DNA of 55,883 nt, counting the filler, from Platydemus manokwari (lineage: Eukaryota), in NCBI GenBank assembly GCA_037951405.1. It is 4 parts of 4 records of this genome, joined end to end, with 100 filler letters (N's around TTAATTAATTAA, not from the genome) between each part and the next. Parts side by side here need not be neighbours in the genome. Positions count along the whole stretch, not along the records: positions 1 to 15,879 come from JBBMOY011232541.1; 3 more parts are not named here. One strand, written 5' to 3'. A program made the position numbers and the translations under genes. This document shows, in pieces, positions 1 through 11,900 of this stretch; within the stretch, counting starts at the first letter, position 1, and each line of letters opens with the position of its first letter. The notes under the pieces are model-generated. The model searched no databases. It was not told the origin of the DNA and worked only from the letters and a program-made list of their open reading frames with translations.

Positions 1-487
1 ATCAGGCAAATGGCTTAGCCAAAATGGTGATTAGGACAGTCCGAGACATGGTGGTAACAACGATTGCATCAGAGAAACAGGCTTGGGATAAATTAATACC
101 GCGGACAGAATTCATCATCAATGCAATATATCAAAGTTCAATTCAACATTCTCCTTTTGAAATATTGTTTGGACGAAGAATTAATATGCATGGATTACAA
201 CTGAATAACCCAAGCAATCACGACCAGATCATCAAAGAAACGGAAGAACAGCTAAAATTAGTGGCCACAAACTTAAGGAAATTCGATGCTAAAAAAAAGT
301 TGTCGAGTTTCTGCAGTTGGACAAGGAGTTCGAGTGAAGAACTAATCACACAGAGATCGTTATAAAGATCCTCACAGAATTTTGAAATTTTTAAGGTCAC
401 ACCAAGTACCTTTCGATTTCCGTGGACAGCAACAATCTCGATGAATTGAGTGGCTAAAGGGATCTCAAAAACATTGGGGAAGGGAAG
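1..487 (+). mobile_element. Gypsy/Ty3 LTR-retrotransposon relic: C-terminal integrase fragment plus polypurine tract
   Basis: The frame from nt 3 reads QANGLAKMVIRTVRDM...AWDKLIPRTEFIINAIYQSSIQHSPFEILFGR, matching the integrase core end (NGxxERxxRT...W...N...SPFELLFGR). The third catalytic Glu position is Lys. After a frameshift in the A-run at 291-298 it reads VGQGVRVKN*..RYKDPHRI (GPY/F-like). Purine tract GGGGAAGGGAAG at 476-487. Confidence 0.75.
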
Positions 488-680
488 TTAGATAAAAAAT
501 GAGATTTGTTTTAATATTAAAAACAAACGCTTTTGATTTTTAAAATAAATAAAATAATGATGGGAAAAATAAATAATAAAAAATAATATTGAAATAATAT
601 TAATAAAATAGATTTTGAAAATTAAATTTAACATGCTGTTTATTTGTCCGTTGTTCAAATTTGGAAATTTAGTAATTGTC

Positions 681-724
681 TAACCCCTGAAGTTTACTGG
701 TGGAACTCTGGTTGAAAACCACTG
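681..724. mobile_element. Right end (TIR) of a hAT/Charlie-type DNA transposon or MITE
   Basis: GGTTGAAAACCACTG at 710-724 is the reverse complement of CAGTGGTTTTCAACC, a typical Charlie/MER5-type terminus. The partner TIR was not found. Confidence 0.55.
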
Positions 725-1550
725 CTATAATAAATTGTTTAAGTTTAGATAATTATCGATTTATTTCTGACTATTAGAAATGACCAACTGGGAAAAATGA
801 GAAATATAAATGATATAATTAAATATCAGTATCTTTTCTTGGATCTATATTGATCATTTGTTTACTAGAAATGTTTGAAAATATACCTATTCTTTTATAT
901 TAAAAAATAACGCTAATATTTGATATGAGCAACATTTATATTTTTATCACAATATTTCAAACAGCTTTTCTAATAAAATATTCATTAAAAAATCGTAATT
1001 ATTACCCCAGGAATTTCACTTGCGTATTATTGTTTTACGGATTTATATTTATTTACTGGTTTGAAAAATTTATAATCAATTTTGAGTTTTATTTTCAGCT
1101 CTGCAATAATAATTTAATTTTACTTCAATTTAAAATTACATTGCAGTAACTTTTTATTTACAAAGGAATCTTTTGATCTACATGAAAAGTTTTATGTATA
1201 TATTATCAATATCATGTAGAATATTGCAAATTTGAGAGTTCTTGCATTACAAAAAATATTAGTAACGATTATCATTATAAATATACCAAATTCGTTCATA
1301 TTCGAAAGGAAGTTTTTCTAATTTGTCAAGAACAAATTCAAAATGAGAGATTGTTTATGAAATGCAACAGAATTATTGTATCAGGAAATGAATTTAAATA
1401 CAAAGACAAAAGCAGCTCTTCATTGATTGCACGAAAATACAATTTATATAACACCAAAGACTTGAAGCAATAATAAGAAACAATAAATTATCTCATTCTT
1501 CGATCTTAGCACACCGAAAATTTGCGAAGTAGTGGTGTTCATTTATGAAA

Positions 1551-1556
1551 TATAAA
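1551..1556 (+). promoter_or_regulatory. Candidate TATA box of the small secreted-peptide gene
   Basis: TATAAA starts 44 nt upstream of the ATG at 1595. The AT-rich background lowers its specificity. Confidence 0.45.
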
Positions 1557-1594
1557 GATCAAAAAAAATGTACAAATAAAATTGTAATTCGATT

Positions 1595-1885
1595 ATGAAA
1601 CACGTTATTTTTATTGGGGTTTTAGCTTTGTTATTAGCATCGATTTGTCATGGAGCCATGTTCGTGGGGAGTGGAGAAAGTTCCTCGGAAGGTTAGCATT
1701 GGGAATTAATTTTGGAATAATTGGTAACAATTTTCACAGGATCTTTTGTTGTCATCAAAGGAAAAAGATTTGACGCATCGGTAACCAGATATGTGCAAAT
1801 TGGTAGCGGCATCAAATGCATCAAATGCCGAATTGAACCGCCGAGCTCGAAATCCGATTATCCAAAATATTATTGCTATCCGTAA
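1595..1885 (+). CDS. Small secreted protein or peptide precursor, 80 aa, 2 exons, family not recognised
   Basis: Exons 1595-1691 and 1740-1885 flank a 48-nt GT..CAG intron (1692-1739) whose retention gives an immediate TAG. Spliced product: MKHVIFIGVLALLLASICHG-AMFVGSGESSSEGSFVVIKGKRFDASVTRYVQIGSGIKCIKCRIEPPSSKSDYPKYYCYP*. It has a classic signal peptide, GC above the flanks, an upstream TATAAA, and AATAAA at 1988-1993. Confidence 0.75.
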
Positions 1886-3878
1886 CAATTTTTGGATTTT
1901 ATTTGAATTATTTTAACCATTTATTATCCAGACCAAAAATAATTGTTGTCGACGGCAAATTCACACAAAAGTCTGAATGTATTGAAAAATAAACGATTTA
2001 CAAGCTTATATGTATGTCATTTCTTTTAATCCATGAAAATGCTTGTTTCCTTAACGAATACAACAGAACACCCAGCTCACATTGTAATAATAGAAATTGT
2101 TATCATGGAATTGAATAAATTCACAAATCGTCTTATCTATATCAATAGATAAAATTATCATGTATATTTGTCATAATAATTGTACCGTGTTAATGGTTTT
2201 TACCGCTTGGATTGGTTTTTTACTTTACCATATAAAATCTTCACTTATCTTAATAAAAAAATTGAAATTATATAAATAGGAAAATAAAGATGATTTCGGT
2301 ACACATTTACCAATAATATTGAAAAACTGAGACAATCTAAATGTTTCTTTTGTATTTTTTGTTCTAAAATTCCTCAACAACACCATTATAATAAAGTTTT
2401 TCTATGAATTTATGTTCAAATATTTTTCAAACTTAATGAAATTATGGTTGAAGTGAAGTAATTTTCCTGAAGCTTAAATTGCGGCATTTTCTTTTTTTAG
2501 AAGAACTCCCGAAATAAAGTTTTTGTCACCCATCAAAAAGATCAAGATGCCTTCCTTTCAAGGTTCTACCATATCTTGTGTAACAACAAATTCTGCAAAA
2601 TTCTTCGGTTTTCTTCTTTAGTTCAAGATGTTTTCATCAAAGATATTGGATAATTTATGAAAAACCGTGTTTCTTATCCAAAATATGAAACTTTCAAAGT
2701 CGCCTAGTGATTTTATAAATTATTTAACCCAGAAAAACAATGCTGTTTTTATTGAATTTAGTTTCGTAAGGTTTTTCATGAAATACTTGCTTCTTCTTTC
2801 CAAGTCGAGGATACCTTTATTTGGCTCTGATAACAACAAAATGTAATTTTAGGACTTCAATCACTCTTTCAAATATAAGCATATTTAATTTTCGCGTTAG
2901 AAGATAAATCTAAACAACACGGATTTCACCTTAAATTGATTTTAGAAGTTCAAAAAAGAGAAGAAACAAATATTATACTTATACATGAAACACATTAATA
3001 TTGAATTCATAAAAATATTTATTTGTCTCCTTTAACAACCCAAGTGCATTATTTTTTAGTAATTTCCTTTCGCAATACCCACAGAGTTCTTTCTTCTACT
3101 TTATCGTATTTCAAATATAATATTGGCACTTTTTGTGATGAAAAAGAGAACATTCTTATGTAGGTACAACAAGATACACAATTAATTAAACCCCGTTTCA
3201 AAATATATTATAAAGATAGAAATTTTACTACTCGGGTGATTGGATTGTGTTTTTGGATTTTTCAAATCATATTTCTTGTGACACGTCTCTAAAATACATA
3301 ATTTCAAATTACTATTAAAAAGTAGTAAGACTTCTCTAAAAATATGTTCAAAAAATTTCCTAAACAAGGCTTTAAAAATAAATATTTTCAAATATAATTA
3401 TTATTTAACATTAAGTTATTTTTAAAAAGTTTTTATAATAATTTTATAATTCTCATAACTGCACAAATGCTGTTTTATCACAAGGCCTACCAATCGATTA
3501 ACTCAGTGATTGGGAGAAATAGACTGAAAGACTGCAACGGTTGAGATATTTTAAATGAATTAATATTTTTATTTTAATTTAATTCCAATTTAATTCTAAT
3601 TTTGGCTAAATTTAAAAAAAGTGTCCTAAAATAAAATTTTAAAATTTTGGAGTGAAATGCAAAAATATATGTAGATTATTTAATTAAATTCTTTAATAAC
3701 ATTTTGAATTTCTTATTAAAGAATTTGAGAAAAATTTTAGTCATTTAGAATCAAATAATACATGCTCAGGATTTTTAAAATCTCCTAAAAATTTATTATT
3801 TTAAAAATGGCTCAAAGTAGATCAAAATGCAATTTTTTCAAAATTAGCGAGGACCCCTTTTTTAAACATTAGAAGCAA

Positions 3879-4474
3879 ATGGAAAGATACCCGAAATTTT
3901 TGCAACTATTTTACAAAAAAAGCGATAAAAAAATAATTGAAAGATGCCAAGAATTAGGTAAATATATTTTAATGCAATATAAGTTCAAAAATAATTATTT
4001 AATAGATCCAGAATATGTCAATGTGGTAATCCAATGAAGATTACACCAAAATCAAGAAAAAATTAAATTTGGAGACGTCACAAAAAGTATTGGAATTTGA
4101 ATAGGGATTTGGTTCAACAATTTGGTTTTGTCCCTTTTCGAAATTCTCAATATAAGTTACTTGTGGTGCACAGGAGCCACACAAAAAGTGTATTATCAAA
4201 TGACCTCCGTCAGTAAGCCCATGGTTACAAAATGGTAATCATTTTTCATAAAACAAAACTAAGATTTTAATAAAATTTATTCAGGTATAAAATATGTCGA
4301 TACGACGCTTACGAACAAATAGCGCGGAACAGGAAAATTATCGGAGGTCAAAATATAGTTGTTGAAATCGATTAGGCTTATTTTGGAGGGGCCAAATATA
4401 ATTGAAGGCCCGGAATTTGGGTCTTTGGAGGACTGGAAAGATTCAACCAAAGGAATTGCTTTTATTTGATCTAA
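3879..4474 (+). mobile_element. Decayed Merlin (IS1016/IS1595-like) transposase with two apparent spliceosomal introns
   Basis: Reads MERYPKFLQLFYKKSDKKIIERCQEL, then intron 3958-4005, then RICQCGNPMKI...IWRR (zinc ribbon remnant) and GIWFNNLVLSLFEILNISYLWCTGATQKVYYQMTSVSKPMVTKW. After intron 4235-4284 it continues YKICRYDAYEQIARNRKIIGGQNIVVEID*AYFGGAKYN*RPGIWVFGGLER. IGG..VEIDE..G..KYN...WVFGG.ER is the Merlin/ISXO2 signature. Stops and frameshifts are present. Confidence 0.75.
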
Positions 4475-5654
4475 AATTGAATTTTTCTATAAATAATGAT
4501 TAAAAATTAACTTTTATATTTAATGAAATTTTAAAGCTAAATTTCCTTAAATTATGATTACAAATAAATTTTAATGTCAAATAACTCACGAAAAGTCATT
4601 AATTTAAAATTGGCTCAAAGAACCCTTTTTCTTAACTTAAGCCAATAAACCGATTTGATATTTTAAAATAAGTTACAAATTTAAAAGATCCGCAAAATCA
4701 TTTACGTAACTGAAGGTCGAAACGTAATTGTAATAACAAATATTTTTTGTGATTTGCATAAAAGAAAAATTTTCAGAGATCTATTTATAATTTTTTATTT
4801 CTCCACTATGTCGTTGGAAAATCAATAATTTCTGTCAAGTGTATAATGAAGTCAATTTATGAAAATAGATTTTTTTTGTAGTGACCGCCGTAATGTAGAA
4901 GTTTCTGTACCAACATCCCAGGCCACGTAATGTCTCAAAATAGATGTTTGTTCATTGGCTGAATCAGATTCGTATATCACCTTAACAATTTTGCCTTAGT
5001 TATCTCGTTTGACTAATTTATGTAGTCATTCTTATTTATTCCCAATAATACAGTTATTTTGATCGTGTCTTTTATTATTTGCTATGATGCACAGCTTCGA
5101 GATTGCTATGTTTGATTATTTCTGGATTTACGAAAACAATTTACTTTTTCGTTTTGATATATTTACAATTAATCAATAAACAATTGATCGCAATAATTAT
5201 AAAATATATCTCGGAAATGAAACTAATTATTTTTAAAAAAGAAAAAGCTCCCAGATGTTATTGAACAAATTCATAACAAAATAAGCTCCAGTGTGTTTTT
5301 TTCACACAATCCAGAAAGTATGTTTAAACAACTGAAAGCAAAAGTAAGAGAAAACATTAAAAATGATTATTGATTCTTTTATACTAATAATAAAGATAAA
5401 TAAATAAATTATAAAAATATTACTAAAATATCGTAGAACAATCCTAAATATAAGTGACAAACATTTATTTGAAATAAATTACAAATTTGTGCTAAATATT
5501 AATTGATTTTGGGAAATATGAAGCATTAATCGATTAATCGAACTGAGAGATGTATACCAAGTAAGAAGCACAAATAGTATTTTAAGAGTGAAGAAAGTCG
5601 TCTACAAATGACAATTTCGGCAAGAGAACAAAAGAGTAAGAAATTATTAATTAC

Positions 5655-6306
5655 TGTAACGTGTTTCTCTTAGCAACTAATGTGATTGTAAGGTTAGCGT
5701 AGATAGTGAAATATATTGGATATTGTTACACGAGCATAGATTATATTTGACGATAGTATCCGTATCGGTTACTGAGTAGTGCTCAGGTCGCCGAAAGAAG
5801 TTTCTGAACTGGTAGTGCAATGGAAATATCGTGACGCAGTCCTATTTGTGATTGATTAACTGGGTATTACTTGATTGTAAATCAATAATTTATATTCAAT
5901 GTTTTGTTCAATAAATATTAGTAAATAAATAATATATTGTTGGATGATAATGAACAATAAATAACTGACTCCAAAATAAAATTTATTAATCAATACACAA
6001 CTACAAAATCTTTACCTAAACCTGGCTTTCAACTGGCAGTTGTCTATATTTACATCATTTTTATACTCGCGATCTGTGTGTATTTTTTTGTGTCATGTTT
6101 TTGATTTGATGTTTGTTTATCTGTGTTCTTATTTGGTTTTTGAGTTTTCACATGAGTGGGATTTGTCAATCTCCATATGTGTATTTTTTAGTTATGCCCT
6201 TTTCCAATTGTAATTCACCATCTGACTTCGCTGTGATTGGTTGATTGCTATGATTGTATGGCCACGTAGGCATGTAAATGTTCAAAGTGCCAAAACAAGG
6301 GTTTCA
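5655..6306 (-). mobile_element. Possible solo-LTR-like sequence
   Basis: TG..CA ends (TGTAAC...GTTTCA), a minus-strand TATA-like element near 6060 and an AATAAA near 5985. It shares AAGAA.TTTCTGAACTGGT with about 40955-40973. No TSD found, so boundaries are uncertain. Confidence 0.25.
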
Positions 6307-8916
6307 ATGTGTAATTTCGTTTTTCTTTTTGCAGAATTTCATCTCACTCAACAATATGTTAATAAATAAACCTTAGAAAAAATTAGATAGATAACACAGA
6401 ATTAGTTTTTTTTACCTGTATCAAACTTAAAAGGTTTTTTTATTTATTTTAATTTCAATTCATTATTTATATTTTAGTTATTTGGGTTCCTGGCCATTTC
6501 TCTACATACTGGTGATGAAGTAGGTCATGATTATGTGTAAAAGTTATCCTAAAAAAATTTCCATTTGATTAGATCAATAAAATCAATGAACACTGATGGG
6601 TTAATTTAGAACTCATGAAGTTTTATTTATAAAAGCCATAATAAATATATCTAACTATTTTCACGATTTACCAAGAATTCCACAAAGGTATATTCGGCTT
6701 ATAATGCGATGGGTTTATATTTGGGACTTACTTTATTCAGATATTAGAATATTTATAGACAATGAATAACCGATAACACTTTAGTAGAATATTGCATCGA
6801 ATGTGGATTCAAGTAGACATTTGCAAGTTTGATTCACAAAAAATGATACTTTGCAGTTAATTAGGTGCTGTGTACAAAGTATATGCTGCGATAACGGATA
6901 TGAAATGAAACTCGATTAGACAATAACAAAAATTTATTTTTATGATTGAAAAGTGAGATAGTATAGGAACCTAAAAGTAACTCTATCTTTCAAATATCAT
7001 GCTAGTTTGTTATTGTCTAATAACATTTTCACATTTGCACTAACAACTTGTCTACAGCTGGTAGGGATTTTTCAAAAGTTAATAAATTCGAATTATGCGA
7101 ACCTTATCATTTATTGATTTATGCATTCTAAGCACTTTTATTATACAATTAAATTAATGACTTTTTGAGATGTCATTGGATGTCTTGAGATATATACAAC
7201 ATATTGTGTTAAATTTCTAGACTAAGTTGCCTTTTATTGTCATTATTAAATTTAAAACATACTTAGATTATTTTAATTTTTTTTAACTATTTTTAATACT
7301 ATAATCGATTATAAATGTTTCGGTGATATCCATTATTTCATTCCGATTATATGGATCATCTCTAACTGAACTCAAAAATTAAATTTGGAAATTGTCGAAA
7401 TGGATAATAATTAAAAACGATATAGCAAGATCCTCATAATCCATCGATATCATCGTTAAGGCAGAAATGATATGATTTCTACTTAGAAAAATGACACAAT
7501 AGAAGTTTTCTTTCTAAAATTCCTCTTAGCGCAATATATTGAGTTATGGAACGCGTCTTGTTATCATAATCTTCACAAGAACTGCTTGAATGTAAATTAT
7601 TATTATATTCATAAATCAGATTTGAAAGCGAGTTATCATTTTTGCTGAGTTATACGTCTATAAAATACATGTAGAATTAAATAGGCGATTATTACAAAAT
7701 AACTCTCCTTGTTAATTAATACATTGTGTTTAAATTAGTCATATATTTAATAATCCCATTTTGATTTGTGGTTCAAAAATTATAAATTTTTACTTTCCTA
7801 TCCATAATTTCTGCTTATTTTCGAAATCACTTTCAAATTTAAGCAATAACTAATCACAATTATCAAAATTTTCAATTAATTCATTACAATTAGCGTTACG
7901 AAAAGGTTTCATATCATAAATTTAGATTATGATAATCAGAGCTATTAAAAAGATAAGACCCACTGTGAACGATATCTTAATTTGCTTCCTGCTAGGAAAT
8001 ATTCACATAAAATCTTTATTTATCAAAAGATATCCACAAGACTATTATTAGTTCTGATAGATTTTTCAGAAAATCAAAAATTAAAATTAATCATACTCAT
8101 ATCATTATTGATTATATGTCTAAAATATATTATGTGATAGTCACAGAAAATTTACCACAGCCCTTTATAAACCGAATAGTAGTCGAATTGGTAAATTCTA
8201 ATTCCTAATATCGATTAATAGTTTAACGAAATTTTTGACAAATTTTTACTTCTCTACGTCGTGTGCAAAAATCGAATGTACCCAATTTATACCAACAGCT
8301 AACATTAGAGATTTTAGGATGCATATAAACAACACGTTGATCATCAATAAAAAATCTGTTAGATCTATGAATGTTTTTTACGAAACATCGGTAAGCCTAT
8401 TAAATTTTAAAATGAAAATCGTCAACCTCAAATCTGTCGTCGATAAGATTTTCATCGCTAATGATCATGATTTACATAGAAATTGTGAACATAGCATTCA
8501 CACTATTACAAAATTTACATGAATGTAGAAACGTGTCACCTGGAATTAGTTTTGTTTTGAAGAAAATGAATATATTTACGTGACAGTTATTGAAATTTTA
8601 AAACAACGATTTCCATTTATTTTAGATTAGGGGAAAAAACGATTAAAAATGAAAAATCAAATTTATTATTAATTCACTGTTTTCTGCGAAACCAAATAAT
8701 TTTATCGAAATAAAATAATGACATTCAGCCAGTTCCACAAGTAAAATACAAATAGAAATCATGGTGTCAGAATCGTATATAACATCTATATTGTATTTAT
8801 CATATATTTCCTAGCGAAGGAAAATTCAAATTTAAATAACAAAATGATAAGAACCGAAAAATAATTCACGTATAGACTAGACAATACCAAAATAAAACGT
8901 ATAAATAGCATAAAAT

Positions 8917-11900
8917 TTAACACGTGTAATATTCTAAAATAGTGCTGTAGCTCGTTATAGTTTCACTATAACAAGCACAAACTGTAATTTTTGAATCTAT
9001 CGGTACAGATGCTTCGATATTAACATCTTCAGACCAAATTACACTATTTTCGTCTTTTCTTGAAAGTTGACTCCAGGTTTCACCCGACACAACAACAGCA
9101 ACATGAAAAGCGTCTGGAACCTGAATATAACAATAGCATTGGCTAAAACAACTGTGAATTTTTAAACAATGACAATCGATTATGGAGTACATTTTTGAAT
9201 TTTAGAATACAATGCCAAAATTTTACTCTATTAAACGCAACAAATAGATATCGTATAATATGGGATTATTTTTCAAAACAAGGTTAAAGAATTAGATCAA
9301 AGAACACCATTATGAATCGTGATTACAAATTTTTTATGGCGAGTACGTGTAAAAATAGTATTGACCAATTTTATTAAGGAAGGTTGTTTAATTTCATTGT
9401 TTTCTTATAATGAATTAATTTTAACAAAAACTAATGAACGTGAAGTGTTATTAGTCTCCAAAAAAAATGATGAAAGAGTTCCTCTTTATGAACATAATGA
9501 TAAATTATAATATATATTTCCCGTAAATGTTTATCAAGTCAAAGGTTCATGACGAAGTCTGAGAAAAATACTGATAAGAAACTATTCAAGATGTATGAGG
9601 ATTCATTAGTTGAGGCATTGTCAATAATAACAGGAATCATATTCATCGTTATCAAAAAGTATTTTAAATCATTCGATGGAATGGTTCATTGATGGAGTAA
9701 AACGCACTATTTTTTTATATTTATTACTTAGTACCACGCAATGGATACCTTTATCAGTATTGGCTGGATTTTCCTGAAATTTCATAGCTTATACTATCTA
9801 GTTCACTCAAAGTTGACATTTTTATCAATGAAAATTGAAAAGTTCGTCATGATTAAAGGATAACGTAAATACCTGTAACGAAAATCGAACGGTTGTATCA
9901 GAATCTTTATTTGTCTTTATTTTCTTGTTTATTGGTTCATATAATCTGCATTTATCTTTCCACTGAGATAATTGATATGGATATGGGCCTTCTTGACTTC
10001 CGAAGTATGGAACGTCTGAACTGCTCAACCTCTGAGGGGCATTAATCAAATATGAGAAAACCATTGGCAAAGTTTCTGTGTCATTTGTGGCTGGAGCACC
10101 ATATATATGGAGCTTGTAAAAGCATCCACTTTTAGGAAATCGCATGTTAAATAAGACTGATGTTAATTCTTTTCCTTGAAGAATGTTCTGCTGTAACAAA
10201 TAGTCACAGAAGTCCTAAATTCAAAATTGGAAAATGAATCAATCAGAACTCAAAATTACTCACGATTTCTTCTTCGGCTGAACTCACATCGACAAGTTGA
10301 CCCAGAATTTTAATAGAGTTGACTTGCGGAAGGCTTATCGACACAGTGAGATCATGCTGACCATTCTCATCGTCGCTATTATTCTGTTTATGTTGTACCG
10401 TAATATATGGGTCAGAGTGAGATAAAACACCTAATCCATATTCTGCAAATTGGCTCTGAGACCCAATTGCAGCCCCTGGATTGATGTCTGGAAGTCCTAT
10501 CGGTAAATCACTGCCTTTATCTGTATGCAAAAAAATCTGCCATATCTGAAGAGAAGCAGCATTTATTATGGAATATTTTGAATTTAAAAGAATTGTTAAA
10601 GAAATTTTGTTTCAATTTAAGGAATGTTTAGAAAAATTAAAACGAAACAAATAAAACATCTCATAGACAAAAACATCCCAGTATTTCATGTATGCCGAGC
10701 GTTGTTGTGCAAGGCCGTTAATAAAAAATAGGTACATAAGGGATAGATTTATTACATTGGAGTCTACATACACGCAGTAATACTAAATTAATATATGACT
10801 ACTATTTTGATATATCAAATTCTTGTTTAGATGGACAAAATGGAAACTCTTAACATGAAAATATAAAAAATCGAGCTTGTAGATGAAGAAACTTGATGAC
10901 AATAATAACCTATGTTTCACCAGAATCCTGACCTGATGAGAAATTCTCGTACTAAAGTGATGAAAAACCAGGTCGAAGTGGTTCAAAAGGCAGCATGATA
11001 TATCAAACTGAAAACCTTATCTTGAGGAAAAGACTAAACGATTTCTCTTTCATTTCATCGAATATTAAAAATCAAATATTCGTGATTTCATTGGGAAACT
11101 TTTAGATTTCTGTCAGATGAGAATATTGAAAGTGATTTAAAAGAATAATCAATAATCCACCCCAACTCTAAATAGATTTAACTTTAAAAAATTACCAAAA
11201 TTGGAAATTTTGGAAGATGAACAACAAGTTGTAAAGCCTAAAATAAAGCCTTGTGTATCAGGAAAGCAAAAACACACTTCAATCATATAATTCAAGCTTC
11301 AATTGAATGTAATCTCTTTCAAATAATTTAAAACTTCATAGACTGTTTACATACTTGATTTTCATAATTATTTATTTAATTATTTTTACATTTTATTTCC
11401 GTTACTTGTATAACACGTATGGTGTACGCATATTAAAAAAAATGTCAAAATTTCTTTCGGATTTAACTATTTGATTCATAAATTTATTCGATAACTACAT
11501 AGGTGTGATAGGATAATTTATTGGATCAATTAATCTTATTAATATTTTCAAATAACTACCAAGCTAAATTATAGAAAAACAATTAAATTTAATGATCGAG
11601 TACCCAATATCAGGTCAGTTCAGATAATCCATCAAAAATCAATAAATTCAAAATATTGGTAATCTCAAAATAATTGTTTTTCTTAAATTTTTTCTTTAAA
11701 AAAATGTTTTTAAATTTCTCCACATAGAGTTGATTCCAACTTTGACTATTGTGAGCACTTGAAAAAAAATTATATTTAAAACTAATATTACAAAGTATTT
11801 TTTGGTAGTATTATTATTAATATTTATTATTATTATTATAGTAGCATTATTATAATATTATTATTAATAATAATCATATATGTTATTTAAATATATTATT

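Noticed and set aside
1706-1888. 60-aa minus-strand ORF with several Cys
   Set aside because: It is the antisense shadow of exon 2 of the plus-strand secreted-peptide gene and has a non-ATG start.
2127-2165. Loose resemblance to a flatworm spliced-leader exon
   Set aside because: The similarity is confined to AT-rich positions, with no convincing donor-plus-Sm-site arrangement.
6470-8550. Scattered exon-like pieces on the minus strand (ITFTHNHDLL..., AYRCFVKNIHRSNRFF...) and the 8235-8522 ORF
   Set aside because: They could not be joined into a phase-consistent gene, and no family motif is strong enough to name.
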